A program made the translations under genes and the position numbers. Positions 18,457 through 29,004 of a stretch of DNA of 64,000 bases are shown here, in pieces. Positions within the stretch are counted from its first letter, which is position 1. The number at the start of each line of letters is the position of its first letter. Under the pieces are notes generated by a model, which was given only the letters and a program-made list of their open reading frames with translations, was not told the DNA's origin and searched no databases. Source of the stretch: Candidatus Latescibacterota bacterium (lineage in GTDB: Bacteria > Latescibacterota > UBA2968 > SICM01). The DNA lies in contig CBDCJO010000002.1 of assembly GCA_965217865.1 (NCBI GenBank), forward strand, positions 2,880,001 to 2,944,000, given 5' to 3'.

Positions 18457-20457
18457 TCATATCCGCACTTCGCCCCCTCGCGCCACCCGGGCCGGAACCG
18501 TACTTCGCCTTGCCCCGGAAGGCTTCAAATCGGGAAGCATGACGATAATCGTCCCTAACGTCACGACGATCCCCCCGATCCAAACCCAGGCCACCAGCGG
18601 GTTGACGTGGATGCGGAGGAACGCCACGTCGTCATCCCCTTGCCCTTCGAAAATCATATAAAGATCCTCTTGCAACGTTGAGACGATAGAGACTTCCGTC
18701 ACCCTCTGCTGATCGGACCTTTTGTAATACGTGAGGATTCCGGGTTTCATCGTTCCCAGGAGTTCGCCGTCCCTTTTCACCTCGACCCATGCCCGCCTAT
18801 CGATCGTGCTCTCGTTCTGTTCCCCCGAACTGCCCTTATAGGTAAGGTGGTACCTCCGCAACTGAATCGACTCGCCCGGCTTCAGTTTGGCATCGACCTC
18901 CGCGTTGAAGACACTCCCTGTGAATCCGATGAAGAGAAGAACGATCCCGAAATGGACGACATAACCTCCGTAGCGCCGTTTGTTCCGGAGGGTCAACCCC
19001 TTGATCGCCTGGCCGTAGGATTCGCCGGAAGTACTCATCCGTGCGAGGGCCCCCCGATGAAATTCAGAGACGATGGTCACGGTCACAAAAGAGCAGAGCC
19101 CGAATGAGATCAACGCCGAGACATCCCTGATTCCCCACGCAAGCAGTCCGCCTGCCGTCGCCACACAGAACAGGGCCGGGATCGAGAAGTGCCGGATCAG
19201 ACTCTTTCTCGAAGTATGCCGCCACGCCAGGAGGGGGCCGATTCCCGCGAGCGCCATCAGGACCAGACCGATGGGAACCATAATCTTGTTGAAGTAGGGG
19301 GCGCCTACCGTAACCTTTGAACCGGTGACCGCCTCCGAGATAACGGGGAACATCGTACCCCAGAAAACCGCGAAGGCCGCGCCCAGGAACATCAGGTTGT
19401 TCAAGAGGAACCCGCTTTCCCTCGATATCGGTGATTCAAAAACATTACGACTCTTGAGCATTGCACGGCGACGCCACAAAAGGAACCCCGAAAACAGCAG
19501 GGTGAGGAATACAAACCCGAGAAACAAGGGACCGATCTCCGACTGGGCGAAAGCGTGAACCGATGAGACCACACCGCTTCGGGTAAGGAACGTTCCATAG
19601 ATACACAACGTGTAGGTCAGGATGATCAAGACCATATTCCAGATCTTGAGCATTCCCTTTTTCTCCTGGATCATTACCGAATGCAGGAAAGCCGTGCCCA
19701 CCAACCACGGTATCAACGCGGAATTTTCCACCGGATCCCAACCCCAATACCCCCCCCAACCCAACACGACATACGCCCACTTCCCTCCAAGAAGTTGACC
19801 CGTTCCCAGAAAAAACCACGGGAAAATAGTCCATCGGCGTGTCGCCCGGATCCATCCCTCGTCCATCTCTCCGCTCAGGAGGGCAGCCATCGCAAACGCA
19901 AACGGAACCGAAAATCCCACGTAGCCCAGGTAAAGCATGGGTGGATGAATCGCCATCACGGGATGGATCAGCAACGGATTCAGACCCTGTCCATCCTCTG
20001 GAATAAAATCAAGAGTCTGAAAAGGATTCTCGAAGAAAACGATGACACCCAGGAAAAATACCATCACGGTTGCGAGGATTGCGTGGGAGTAGGAAGAGAG
20101 CGCCCCCCGACGTCTCCGGTTGACACCCGAAATCACCACGCCATAGGCCGACAGAACGAACACCCAGAGAAGCAGGGACCCCTCCATGCCCGACCAGAAC
20201 GCCGCCACCGTATAAGGAAATGATAGGTCCATGCTGGAATGCATGGCCACATAACGAACCTGGAAGTCCTTGATCTGGAAAAGGTAACCAAGGGAAACCG
20301 AAGCCAGGAGAATGAGGACGAACGACGCCGTGATGCCGTTCTCGGCACTCACGATCCATTCGTTCCGCCGCGTCCTCCCTCCGATGGCCCCTGTCACAAC
20401 GGTGTAAATCGCGACCGCAAAAGCCATCATCACCGAAAATGATCCCAGTTCTGCCAT
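18457..20457 (-). CDS. ccmF: heme lyase CcmF
   Basis: GLNPLL, HPPMLYLGY, WAY..LGWGGYWGWDPVEN, RSG..SSVHAFA. Confidence 0.97.
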   Translation of the reverse strand: MAELGSFSVMMAFAVAIYTVVTGAIGGRTRRNEWIVSAENGITASFVLILLASVSLGYLFQIKDFQVRYVAMHSSMDLSFPYTVAAFWSGMEGSLLLWVFVLSAYGVVISGVNRRRRGALSSYSHAILATVMVFFLGVIVFFENPFQTLDFIPEDGQGLNPLLIHPVMAIHPPMLYLGYVGFSVPFAFAMAALLSGEMDEGWIRATRRWTIFPWFFLGTGQLLGGKWAYVVLGWGGYWGWDPVENSALIPWLVGTAFLHSVMIQEKKGMLKIWNMVLIILTYTLCIYGTFLTRSGVVSSVHAFAQSEIGPLFLGFVFLTLLFSGFLLWRRRAMLKSRNVFESPISRESGFLLNNLMFLGAAFAVFWGTMFPVISEAVTGSKVTVGAPYFNKIMVPIGLVLMALAGIGPLLAWRHTSRKSLIRHFSIPALFCVATAGGLLAWGIRDVSALISFGLCSFVTVTIVSEFHRGALARMSTSGESYGQAIKGLTLRNKRRYGGYVVHFGIVLLFIGFTGSVFNAEVDAKLKPGESIQLRRYHLTYKGSSGEQNESTIDRRAWVEVKRDGELLGTMKPGILTYYKRSDQQRVTEVSIVSTLQEDLYMIFEGQGDDDVAFLRIHVNPLVAWVWIGGIVVTLGTIIVMLPDLKPSGARRSTVPARVARGGEVRI

Positions 20458-20460
20458 GCC

Positions 20461-20930
20461 TTATGGTCTCCTCGGGTTCACGGGATGCGATTCCTTTTCC
20501 GATTCGTTATCGGTTAACGGGGCCAGTCGAACGTGAGAAATACCGGACCGTTTTTCCACCGGATGTCGAAGAACGACATCCCGCCCGGTGATATCCACCC
20601 CCCCGAAAAGAACCTCGCGACTATCGATCTCGCCATCTTCTAAGTGAAGATGCTTGAAGGGACCCAGATCTCCCACCCGGACCCCGACCTCCGACGGCTG
20701 ACCGTCATAGGAATACAGACCCACATAGATATGGTACAAACCTTCTGCAGCGGGGGAAAGGATCAGGTCAGGGGTTCGGGTTCCGGGAAGGGCCACCAAG
20801 ACGGAACCTCCATCGATTGTTTCCACGATCCAGCGCCGTGGAGACGGGCTGGTCGCGAGGGCATCGGAGGGAATTCGGCGTGGAAGCTCATCCATCAGGA
20901 TGGTTCGCCGATGCCGAGTGACTGGAGACA
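20461..20930 (-). CDS. hypothetical beta-rich protein, probably the N-terminal domain of a larger truncated protein
   Basis: Coding-like ORF (EGLYHIYVGLY, EVLFGGVDITG, ISHVRLAPL). The ORF-track start overlaps the flgM terminator, so the start is uncertain. Confidence 0.45.
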
Positions 20931-20946
20931 ATCCTGGCCTCTGATC

Positions 20947-20976
20947 AAAAAAGAGGGCGGGCAAGAGCCCGCCCTT
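20947..20976 (-). terminator. intrinsic terminator after flgM
   Basis: AGGGCGGGC-TCTT-GCCCGCCCT followed by CTTTTTT. Confidence 0.75.
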
Positions 20977-21008
20977 AATAGGCTAAATAGATTCTCTCAG
21001 CTGGAATA

Positions 21009-21323
21009 TTACGTTAGTCCAAAGGACCTGAGAAGGCGGTCGGCGATTGTCGACCGGACCTCAGGCTGATCGTAAAATCCCTCCTGAACCCTTTCGCGGG
21101 CCTGGGCAACCCGGTCGGCGCGTACGTCAGGCGTGTTCTTCGCAACGTCGATCAGGCTCGCTTGCCTTGCCCGGATCTGGGAAACGTCATCCGTTGCATC
21201 AGTGGATCCCGATTCCCCCCCTTCATCCGAGCGGGTGGAACTTCGCTCCGTTTCCCGACGTTCCCCACGTTGAACTTTCCCCAAATCATCGGGTTGACCA
21301 AACGCATCGCCGATTTTCGGCAT
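21009..21323 (-). CDS. flgM: anti-sigma28 factor FlgM-like
   Basis: Low-complexity N-terminus; C-terminal PDVRADRVAQARERVQEGFY..IADRLL. Confidence 0.75.
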   Translation of the reverse strand: MPKIGDAFGQPDDLGKVQRGERRETERSSTRSDEGGESGSTDATDDVSQIRARQASLIDVAKNTPDVRADRVAQARERVQEGFYDQPEVRSTIADRLLRSFGLT

Positions 21324-21391
21324 GACCCCTCCGGAAATGCAGGGTTTAACTATAATATCCCGAACCCGTTCTCAGCTTAACGCTTTATAAA

Positions 21392-21420
21392 AAGATAAAC
21401 AGTTCCGGCTAACAGGTCAA
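21392..21420 (-). promoter_or_regulatory. sigma70-type promoter for flgM
   Basis: TTGACC-N17-TATCTT. Confidence 0.55.
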
Positions 21421-21444
21421 GCGTTTTTGATTGAAGCCTTGTCG

Positions 21445-21473
21445 TTGACAATCCCTTATGGATTTGTTATCCT
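21445..21473 (+). promoter_or_regulatory. sigma70-type promoter (divergent from flgM)
   Basis: TTGACA-N17-TATCCT with a TG extension. Confidence 0.65.
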
Positions 21474-21522
21474 TGAGAACGAAATACACCCCTAATCGTT
21501 TTTCAATTGGACTTTTCACGAC

Positions 21523-21711
21523 ATGTTATTCCTTTCCCGAGTCCTTCAATTCATCGGAATTCTTGAGGTCGGCTACGGAATCTTCAATGGCGTCATTCAG
21601 GATATCGACACGGGAGAAGGTGGCCTAGCTCTGAATTTGCGGCACGCCATGGTCGGTGGGGCCATCTTCCTTTTTGGATGGATGATCCAGAAGCACTGGA
21701 TAAAACGGTAA
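21523..21711 (+). CDS. small two-TM membrane protein
   Basis: 62-aa ORF with two hydrophobic helices, downstream of the promoter. Confidence 0.6.
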   Translation: MLFLSRVLQFIGILEVGYGIFNGVIQDIDTGEGGLALNLRHAMVGGAIFLFGWMIQKHWIKR

Positions 21712-21747
21712 GGTTCAGAATCACTCGCCTTTTTTTAAGGATTTTCT

Positions 21748-22788
21748 ATGCCGGTTTTTACACCAGAATATCTGCAAGACATCTCTTCGAGAATCTTCCA
21801 AAGCTTCGGCGCCTCCAAATTCGAAGGCGACTTGGTTGCGGAGCTCCTCGTCGACGCCAACCTGGCAGGCCACGACTCGCACGGCGTCATCCGAATTCAT
21901 CAGTACGTGGGTTTTATCAAGGAAAAAGGGGTTGTCCCCGGCGCCCCCATCCAGATTGAGAAGGAAACCCCGTCTACCGCCGTCATCAACGGAAACTGGG
22001 GGTTCGGTCAAGTTATAGCCACCCGCGCCATGGAAATCGCCATCGAGAAGGCCAGGGAGCACGCGATCAGCACCGTCACGATATACAAAAGCAACCACAT
22101 CGGCCGATTGGGGTCTTACAGTTTGCTTGCCGCACGGATGGATAAGATTGGACTGCTGATGGCCAACGGCCACGGTGGGGCAATCAGCACAGCCCCCTTC
22201 GGTGGGACGGAAAGACGGCTGGGGACCAACCCCATCACAGTGGGTATCCCGTCCGGCGGCGAACCTATCGTCCTGGATATGACCACGAGCGTTGTGGCCG
22301 AGGGAAAAGTGAGGGTTAAGCGCAACAGGGGAGAGCAAACCCCCCCCGGTTGGATAATCGACTCTGAGGGAAACCCGACAACCGACCCGAACGACTACTA
22401 CGGTCCGCCGAAAGGGGCGATCCTGCCGTTTGGTGGAGACGCCAGCCACAAAGGATATGGCCTCTCGGTCATCGTTGATATCCTGAGCGGCGCTTTGAAC
22501 AAGGCCGGTTGCAGCCGGCCAGACACGTCAAAGATCGGCAACGCCGTATTTATCTATGTAATCGATCCGGGGGCGTTCACTTCCCTGGACGGGTTCAAAA
22601 ATCAGGTGGACGACTTCATCGCATTCATCAAATCCTCTTCAAAAGCACCTGGCTTCTCCGGGATCCTCATGCCGGGCGAGATCGAGATTCAAGAAGAGAA
22701 GAAGCGCAGGGCGGAAGGGATCTTTGTCGAGGACCGGACTTGGGAGCAAATTCTGGACATTGCGGTGAACCAGGGCATCGAGGTATGA
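21748..22788 (+). CDS. Ldh_2 family (malate/L-lactate/sulfolactate-type) oxidoreductase
   Basis: GHDSHG, NHIGRLG, GTNPI, LDMTTS, HKGYGL, MPGE. Confidence 0.93.
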   Translation: MPVFTPEYLQDISSRIFQSFGASKFEGDLVAELLVDANLAGHDSHGVIRIHQYVGFIKEKGVVPGAPIQIEKETPSTAVINGNWGFGQVIATRAMEIAIEKAREHAISTVTIYKSNHIGRLGSYSLLAARMDKIGLLMANGHGGAISTAPFGGTERRLGTNPITVGIPSGGEPIVLDMTTSVVAEGKVRVKRNRGEQTPPGWIIDSEGNPTTDPNDYYGPPKGAILPFGGDASHKGYGLSVIVDILSGALNKAGCSRPDTSKIGNAVFIYVIDPGAFTSLDGFKNQVDDFIAFIKSSSKAPGFSGILMPGEIEIQEEKKRRAEGIFVEDRTWEQILDIAVNQGIEV

Positions 22789-23444
22789 CCCGAGGTCTTC
22801 TATTCATTGTCCTTCTGGGCAGTTACCTGGGTTACCCCGTAATCACACACGGGGGTCCCACCTCTGACCCCTTGAAAAAAATGAGGGAGCGGTTTGATGG
22901 ACTAAGCACCCTCTCGGCAAATTTCGAGCGAGGATTTCAATGGAACCTTGCAAAAAAGAAACAAACCTTTAAAGGGAAAATGTTCCTCAAGAAACCGAAC
23001 ATGTTCCGTTTCGATACTCGGGACCACGTCGTCTCCACTGACGGCGAATCCGTTTGGAATTTCGTCCTTGCGAACAACCAGGTCGTCATCAACAAATATG
23101 CGGCCCCTCAAAATGATCGAAGTCCCGAGGGTCTGCTTTTCAACCTCCTATTTCAGGAGGGTTATGTCCAGGGTTATACGTCTTTTGATGGGGGGACGGA
23201 AAAGCTGGACGGAAAGACGTGCACCGTCATCGGTCTAACGGCCCTGAAAGAGGAGGCCTATATCTCTTCCATTCGGTTATGGATCGTCAACCATACCGCC
23301 CTCCCTTCCCGAATCGAATATGTTGATTTCAACGAAGATATTACCACCTACCGCCTTTCGAGGTTTAAACTCGACCGAAAGATCCCGGACGAGACATTTC
23401 GGTTCACCCCCCCCGCGGAGGTAGAGGTCGTCGATTTTCGATGA
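22785..23444 (+). CDS. lolA: outer-membrane lipoprotein carrier LolA-like
   Basis: Signal peptide, LSANF, GKMFLKKPNMFRF, STDGESVW, FRFTPPAEVEVVDFR. ATG 22785 overlaps the upstream stop. Confidence 0.85.
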   Translation: MTRGLLFIVLLGSYLGYPVITHGGPTSDPLKKMRERFDGLSTLSANFERGFQWNLAKKKQTFKGKMFLKKPNMFRFDTRDHVVSTDGESVWNFVLANNQVVINKYAAPQNDRSPEGLLFNLLFQEGYVQGYTSFDGGTEKLDGKTCTVIGLTALKEEAYISSIRLWIVNHTALPSRIEYVDFNEDITTYRLSRFKLDRKIPDETFRFTPPAEVEVVDFR

Positions 23445-23581
23445 ATAGACAGAACACCAGTAAGATTTACCTTTGATCATTCCAGGTGGATCTATACCCC
23501 TCGATCGGGGGTGAGGTTTAAGACATTTATATTGTCACAAATTCGTTTTTTTTGCATGTTTGAGGATCTTGGAGAAATAAG

Positions 23582-24067
23582 ATGGAACAGTTGTGGGCAC
23601 CCTGGCGAATGCAGTACATTGCCCGCGAGGAGAAAAACGGAGATTGCATCTTCTGTGAAAAGTGGAAGAGCGACTCCGATGGGGAGAACTTGATCCTGTT
23701 TCGCGGAGAGTTTTGCTTTGTGATTATGAACCTTTTCCCTTACAACAACGGCCACCTCATGATCCTACCCATCCGTCACTTCGCAGATGTTGCCGATCTT
23801 TCCGATTCGGAACAAGCAGAGATGTTTTGCTTGATGCAGCGAAACGTTGCCAGCATACGCAAAGTGATGAAACCGCACGGTTTCAACATAGGGTTCAATC
23901 TCGGCCAGGCCGCCGGCGCGGGCATCGCTGACCACCTCCATCTCCACATCGTCCCGAGGTGGACCGGCGATACGAACTTTATGCCTGTCCTGGGCAACAC
24001 CCGCGTGGTCTCCGAGGCCATCGAGGAGACCTACCGGAAGCTAAAGGTTGAAATACGGGATGAATAA
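23582..24067 (+). CDS. HIT-family hydrolase
   Basis: LWAPWR, CIFC, NLFPYNNGH, AGAGIADHLHLHIVPRW.GDTNF. Confidence 0.93.
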   Translation: MEQLWAPWRMQYIAREEKNGDCIFCEKWKSDSDGENLILFRGEFCFVIMNLFPYNNGHLMILPIRHFADVADLSDSEQAEMFCLMQRNVASIRKVMKPHGFNIGFNLGQAAGAGIADHLHLHIVPRWTGDTNFMPVLGNTRVVSEAIEETYRKLKVEIRDE

Positions 24068-24166
24068 AGAAGAGGATGACGTGAGGAGGTAAGCGAAGCC
24101 AGGGGTTTTATTCCGCCCAGCGACCGACGATCCATAAACAACGAACCGCTACCTAAGGAGATCCAA

Positions 24167-25280
24167 ATGCCTACCGATTTGCAATCCGATCTGAATTCCT
24201 GCGATGCACGTCTTGTCAATCTGAGAGGGTATCTTTGACCTCGATAAAAGGGATGCCCGAGTCGTCGAATTGACAAAGCAGATGGAACGTCCGGGTTTCT
24301 GGAACGATCAAGCATCCGCCAAGGGTGTGATCGAAGAGGCCAATGGCCATAAACGTTGGACGGAGGCCTGGAAAGACCTTCGAGGACGGCTCGACGACCT
24401 GATTGCTCTTCACGAACTGGCACATGAAGAGGAAGATGCCCCGACCCTTGCCGACATCGAGCGGGACCTCAAGTCCGTTGAGAAAGAAATCTCGGAACTT
24501 GAATTCCGGAACATGCTCGACGATCCGGACGATGAATTGGATGCCATCCTGACCATCCATCCGGGAGCCGGTGGGACCGAGTCCAACGACTGGGCGCAAA
24601 TGTTGATGCGGATGTACACCCGATGGTCCGAGCGGAACGGATATACCGCGGAAGCCCTCGACCTGCTCCCGGGTGATGAGGCCGGGTTAAAGAGCGCAAC
24701 GATCGAGATTAAGGGGAAATACGCATACGGCTACCTCAAGGCCGAGGCCGGAGTGCATCGCCTCGTGCGGATATCCCCCTTCGATGCAAACAGTCGCCGA
24801 CACACTTCCTTCGTCTCCGTCTTCGTCTATCCAGACAAAGAGGGGGACCTGGAGATAGAGATTAAGGATGAGGACATCAAGATCGATACTTACCGAGCTG
24901 GCGGAGCAGGCGGGCAGCACGTCAATAAAACTTCATCCGCCGTTAGGATCACGCATCTTCCCACCGGTATCGTTGCCCAATGCCAGAACGAGCGATCTCA
25001 ACACAAGAACAAGAACACAGCGATGAAGATCCTCAAGGCGCGGCTGTATAAACATCAGAAAGAAGAAGAACAGAAGAAATTGGACGAGTTCGAAAGCACC
25101 AAGAAAAAAATCGAATGGGGGAGCCAAATCCGATCTTACGTCTTCCATCCATACAATATGGTCAAAGACCACAGGACGGATATGGAAGTCGGGAACGTCT
25201 CCGCGGTGATGGACGGCAACATCGATTCTTTCATCAAGGCCTTTTTGAGTCAAAATAGAGGAGACTTCGCGGCGGATTAG
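24167..25280 (+). CDS. prfB: peptide chain release factor 2 with programmed +1 frameshift
   Basis: ATG 24167 after AAGGAG reads to CTT TGA C (24233-24239), preceded by the SD-like AGAGGG. The +1 frame carries the SPF and GGQ motifs. Confidence 0.96.
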
Positions 25281-25383
25281 GATCGATCGGCGGGACGTGA
25301 AACGACGAAATCGGACGTAGATCGGCCGTTTGGTGAAAAACCCGAAAACCTGTTCTGAACGACCGAGTCCGCCGGAGATGTTT

Positions 25384-25421
25384 CGACCCCCTCAACATAA
25401 ACGTGGAGGGGGTCGGTTTTT
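25384..25421 (+). terminator. intrinsic terminator downstream of prfB
   Basis: CGACCCCCTC..GAGGGGGTCG followed by a T-run. Confidence 0.7.
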
Positions 25422-25451
25422 AGGCCTGTTTTTTAAGATTTTGTGAATTTC

Positions 25452-25703
25452 TTATTTGGAGAAGAGGCGATTGGATCCGTCTTTCTTGTCTTTCAGGATA
25501 TCGACAATCAGTTGAACATTTAACATCTCAACGATTTCTTCCTCGGTGAATTGAACCCCAAACGCCTCCTCCAGAGCCAGTACCAAATTCATGTGCCTTA
25601 AAGAATCCCAAGCCTCGATCGTATCTGGAGAAGAATCTTCGCGGATTTCTTCAACCGATAGCCCCATAACCTGGCTTAGAATTTTAAAGACCGTTTGCTT
25701 CAA
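25452..25703 (-). CDS. acyl carrier protein (possibly 5'-clipped)
   Basis: WDSLRHMNLVLALEEAFGV (phosphopantetheine Ser). Confidence 0.9.
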   Translation of the reverse strand: MKQTVFKILSQVMGLSVEEIREDSSPDTIEAWDSLRHMNLVLALEEAFGVQFTEEEIVEMLNVQLIVDILKDKKDGSNRLFSK

Positions 25704-25739
25704 AATATCTCCCGCGAGAGAGAGCGACTTGCGACCCGA

Positions 25740-27197
25740 ATGAGGGTTCTACCCATGACACGCCCCCTCGGACTTCAGGGCCTCTTGACCCTGCGTCCCG
25801 AAAATCGCATCCTGTTTTCCCTTATCGCAGGTCTCCAGGCCATTCTGATCTCCATGCTTCTCCTGAAGGGGGAAACCACCCTCCTCGTGGCAGTCCTTCT
25901 CACGATTTCTGTATCTGCGGTCCTGTTTTCCACGACCGGCAGCCTCTTTGTCTTGGCCTTCTTCACGATTGTTATCCCGAGTGAGATGCTTGAAGAGAAG
26001 TTGCTCCTGCCGCTCAATTTCAAATTTTACGAGGGCCTCTATGCCATCGTTCTCTTCTTTGCAGCCCTGGAATGGGTATATCGAAGGCGTCTTGGATTTC
26101 AGAAAACAGTGCTGGATCGACCCATGCAGGGTTTCCTCATCGCGATACTGGCCTCTGTCTTTATCGGAATCCTCCGGGGTCACCCCCTCTCAGATATCCT
26201 GCCCGATGTGCGCTTTCCCCTGTACTACTCCGTCTTTTTCATCGCAGCCCAGTTTTTCGACCCACGCAGGGTTTCAAACTTTTTGACGCTTCTAATCGCC
26301 GCCACGACCGTAGTGGCCTTCCAGTACCTATTGGCCTTCTTTGCTGGAGTAAACCTGTCCATGGTCGGCACCTACACTCGAATCGTCCGGGCGGAGGGGG
26401 TCATCCTCCCGATCGGCATCCTCTTCCTCCTCAGTCGGACCGTTTTCAATCAATCAACGATCCATCGGGGTGCCCTAACGTTCCTCCTCCTCCCCCTTAT
26501 TATCGCGTTCGTGATCTGTATGAGCCGGGGACTCTGGATTTCTTTCGCAATAGGCTTGGCGAGCCTCTCCATCCTTCTGATCCTGGACCGCCAAAGACCT
26601 CATCGCCGTATCGCCAGGGGGATAAGGTTGGCCGTCGCCTTTCCCCTTTTGATTCTCTTGGCCGTATACGGATTTCAAGCACTCACCGGAGCAGGCCTGG
26701 ACACCTTGGCCTCCTCACGTTTCTCAACCGCAACCCAGTTTGAGGAGGATACGTCCCTCAGTCACCGGGTCCTTTCATACGTCGTCGCCTTGGACCAGAT
26801 CATGGATCATCCCATCATCGGCAACGGTCACGGGGCGACCATTACATATCCGGTTCGCATCTTCGGAAGAATGAATGTCATTACAACGAGCCATATCGAC
26901 AGTCTTTACGTCGTCCTCCTCCACCGCCTTGGCATCGTCGGCCTTTTTCTGTTCGGTTGGCTCGCGGTCCGTGCATTGTTGCGGGCTTACCGCCTGTTCC
27001 AGGTCAGTGAGTCAAACCAGACCCGGATCTTCTGCGCCGGGTTCATCGCGGCCACGGTCCAATCCCTGACCCTCGGCTTGAGTGACGCCACGATGTTCAT
27101 CGGCCGGTTTGTGTTCATCCACGCCATCCTCTTCGCGCTCTTCGCGATCCTCGAACGCAAAGAGCGACTCGGGGGAGTCTCAGATGTGGAATCTTGA
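25740..27197 (+). CDS. O-antigen ligase/polymerase (Wzy_C) family membrane protein
   Basis: About 12 TM segments, SRGLW, periplasmic R..HPIIGNGHG, HIDSLY..LGIVGL. Confidence 0.85.
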   Translation: MRVLPMTRPLGLQGLLTLRPENRILFSLIAGLQAILISMLLLKGETTLLVAVLLTISVSAVLFSTTGSLFVLAFFTIVIPSEMLEEKLLLPLNFKFYEGLYAIVLFFAALEWVYRRRLGFQKTVLDRPMQGFLIAILASVFIGILRGHPLSDILPDVRFPLYYSVFFIAAQFFDPRRVSNFLTLLIAATTVVAFQYLLAFFAGVNLSMVGTYTRIVRAEGVILPIGILFLLSRTVFNQSTIHRGALTFLLLPLIIAFVICMSRGLWISFAIGLASLSILLILDRQRPHRRIARGIRLAVAFPLLILLAVYGFQALTGAGLDTLASSRFSTATQFEEDTSLSHRVLSYVVALDQIMDHPIIGNGHGATITYPVRIFGRMNVITTSHIDSLYVVLLHRLGIVGLFLFGWLAVRALLRAYRLFQVSESNQTRIFCAGFIAATVQSLTLGLSDATMFIGRFVFIHAILFALFAILERKERLGGVSDVES

Positions 27198-27205
27198 AGG
27201 TTTAT

Positions 27206-28984
27206 TTATAATTTGGAAACGACTTTCTTAAAATGGACGGGCCCTCCGGGACTTTCCTTATCCATATCCCAATAAAATGTCCTGTCCGCTTTCCCGTTTT
27301 CAGGTTCTTTTTCCTCAAAACCCTGCTTTGCAAAGAAAAATTCTGCCTGTCCATTTTTTTTCGTCGCATAAAATTCACCCACTGCCAATTTGCATCCTTT
27401 CCCCCCCGTAAACTTCAAGACCTCTGCCATAAACGTGGCCTCCACCCCACGCCCCAGGACACGGCACGATAGGAGAAAGCTGTCAAAAAGGACAACCCCT
27501 TCCTCATATTTTAAGATGCAAACCCCCACCGTTCCATAATCTCCGAATCGGTCTGCGAGCTTGAGAGTGATAACATCCGAATCCCCTCCCTCAACAAAAC
27601 CTTTAATATCCGCTTCGCTGTATCGTTTTGTGGTGAGGTTGAACTGATTGGTCTTCTGGGTCAGTTGCGCAATTCGGGGGATGGAAAAGTCATCTGCGAT
27701 ACGGATTTCAACAACCATCTCGAGAGAATGATAATATTTTTCAAGGTCTTCTACGCGGCTCTTCAAATCTTTCCGTTGGCCTTCTGCTCTGTACATAGAT
27801 CCTCTCTTCCGATCTTCCGGAGAAACCACAAGAGAATCGAACAATCCGCTGGAAGATAACAGATCCGCGTATGTTCCAGGCGCTTCTTTGGGAAGATGAA
27901 TACACGTGACTTCAGGGATCAGATTTCTTACGAGGTTTATCTCGAACGCACTATCGTCTGAGAATACCATGCTGTCTAAACCGATATTCAAATCGAGAGC
28001 AATCCTGCGAAGATTCGTGGCCTTATCCTCCCAGTTGATTTGTGCCGAAGCGATTTGCTCCCTCTTAAGAACCATATCCGGATGCCTGCGGAAGACATCC
28101 CAAACATCTTCTTCATTGTTTTTGCTGCACAGGGCGAGGATTATACCCCGGTTATACAGGTTCACGGCCTCATTCTGAAATTCACAATACGCAGAACCGG
28201 GGTAGGTCTTCCCCAGTTTGATCTTTTCTGTCCCGTCTTCGCCGATGATACCTCCCCACAATGCATTATCGCAATCAAGAACCAGACATTTCTTGTTTTT
28301 TCCGTTGAGTGCACGGATAAATTTAAAGTTCTCTAGGGCGATCTCCTTCAAGGCCTCCCTTGTGTATGGGGCCCGACCGATGTGCCAATAGCGAAGATCG
28401 AAATATTTCTTTTTTCCCAACCTCATCAGGCATAGATTCAGATTAACAAAATAGGCATTGCCCTGTTCGCTGAGCTTCCGTTTCGCAAAGTTATTCAATT
28501 CCTCCACGATACCGGACTGACCCTGAGGGTCCTGGCTGTCTAAAATCCCTCGAGACGGACTGGAGGGCTGCTCAAACCCGTTCCACAGTAAAGCGGCTTT
28601 TGTCCGCGATCGAATTCCACAAACGACTCCGGATATGAAGTCCTTTACCGTCTCGACTTCCGCCTGAATCTCTTGGGGTTTCAGGGAGGCAAAATTCCGG
28701 GCAATCCGCGGGGACAGCGTGTCCAATTTCACAAAAACAAGGACGATGTCCGCCCCTTCCCCCAATAGGTACTTCCCTTCGCCCACAGCCTCCTGAAAAA
28801 CGTTGTCGTATTCTCCGAATTCAACCTTGGCCTTGAACCCCATTTGAAGTGCAAAATACCGTAAATACGGCTCCATAGGCTCAATCGTGACATTCCGAAG
28901 AATCGATATGCCCAAACCCGGCAAGGAAGATATATCTCGAGTATTCAGGTAATCTTGAATCTGTGAATAGGATATTTCGGACAT
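27206..28984 (-). CDS. FkbH-like HAD-IIIC phosphatase/acyltransferase
   Basis: KKCLVLDCDN.LWGG, CSKNN, INWEDK, KTNQFNLTT, DRFGDYG, LLSCRVLGR. Start placed at MSEISY. Confidence 0.93.
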   Translation of the reverse strand: MSEISYSQIQDYLNTRDISSLPGLGISILRNVTIEPMEPYLRYFALQMGFKAKVEFGEYDNVFQEAVGEGKYLLGEGADIVLVFVKLDTLSPRIARNFASLKPQEIQAEVETVKDFISGVVCGIRSRTKAALLWNGFEQPSSPSRGILDSQDPQGQSGIVEELNNFAKRKLSEQGNAYFVNLNLCLMRLGKKKYFDLRYWHIGRAPYTREALKEIALENFKFIRALNGKNKKCLVLDCDNALWGGIIGEDGTEKIKLGKTYPGSAYCEFQNEAVNLYNRGIILALCSKNNEEDVWDVFRRHPDMVLKREQIASAQINWEDKATNLRRIALDLNIGLDSMVFSDDSAFEINLVRNLIPEVTCIHLPKEAPGTYADLLSSSGLFDSLVVSPEDRKRGSMYRAEGQRKDLKSRVEDLEKYYHSLEMVVEIRIADDFSIPRIAQLTQKTNQFNLTTKRYSEADIKGFVEGGDSDVITLKLADRFGDYGTVGVCILKYEEGVVLFDSFLLSCRVLGRGVEATFMAEVLKFTGGKGCKLAVGEFYATKKNGQAEFFFAKQGFEEKEPENGKADRTFYWDMDKESPGGPVHFKKVVSKL

Positions 28985-29004
28985 CCACGCTCCGAATAAA
29001 GAAT

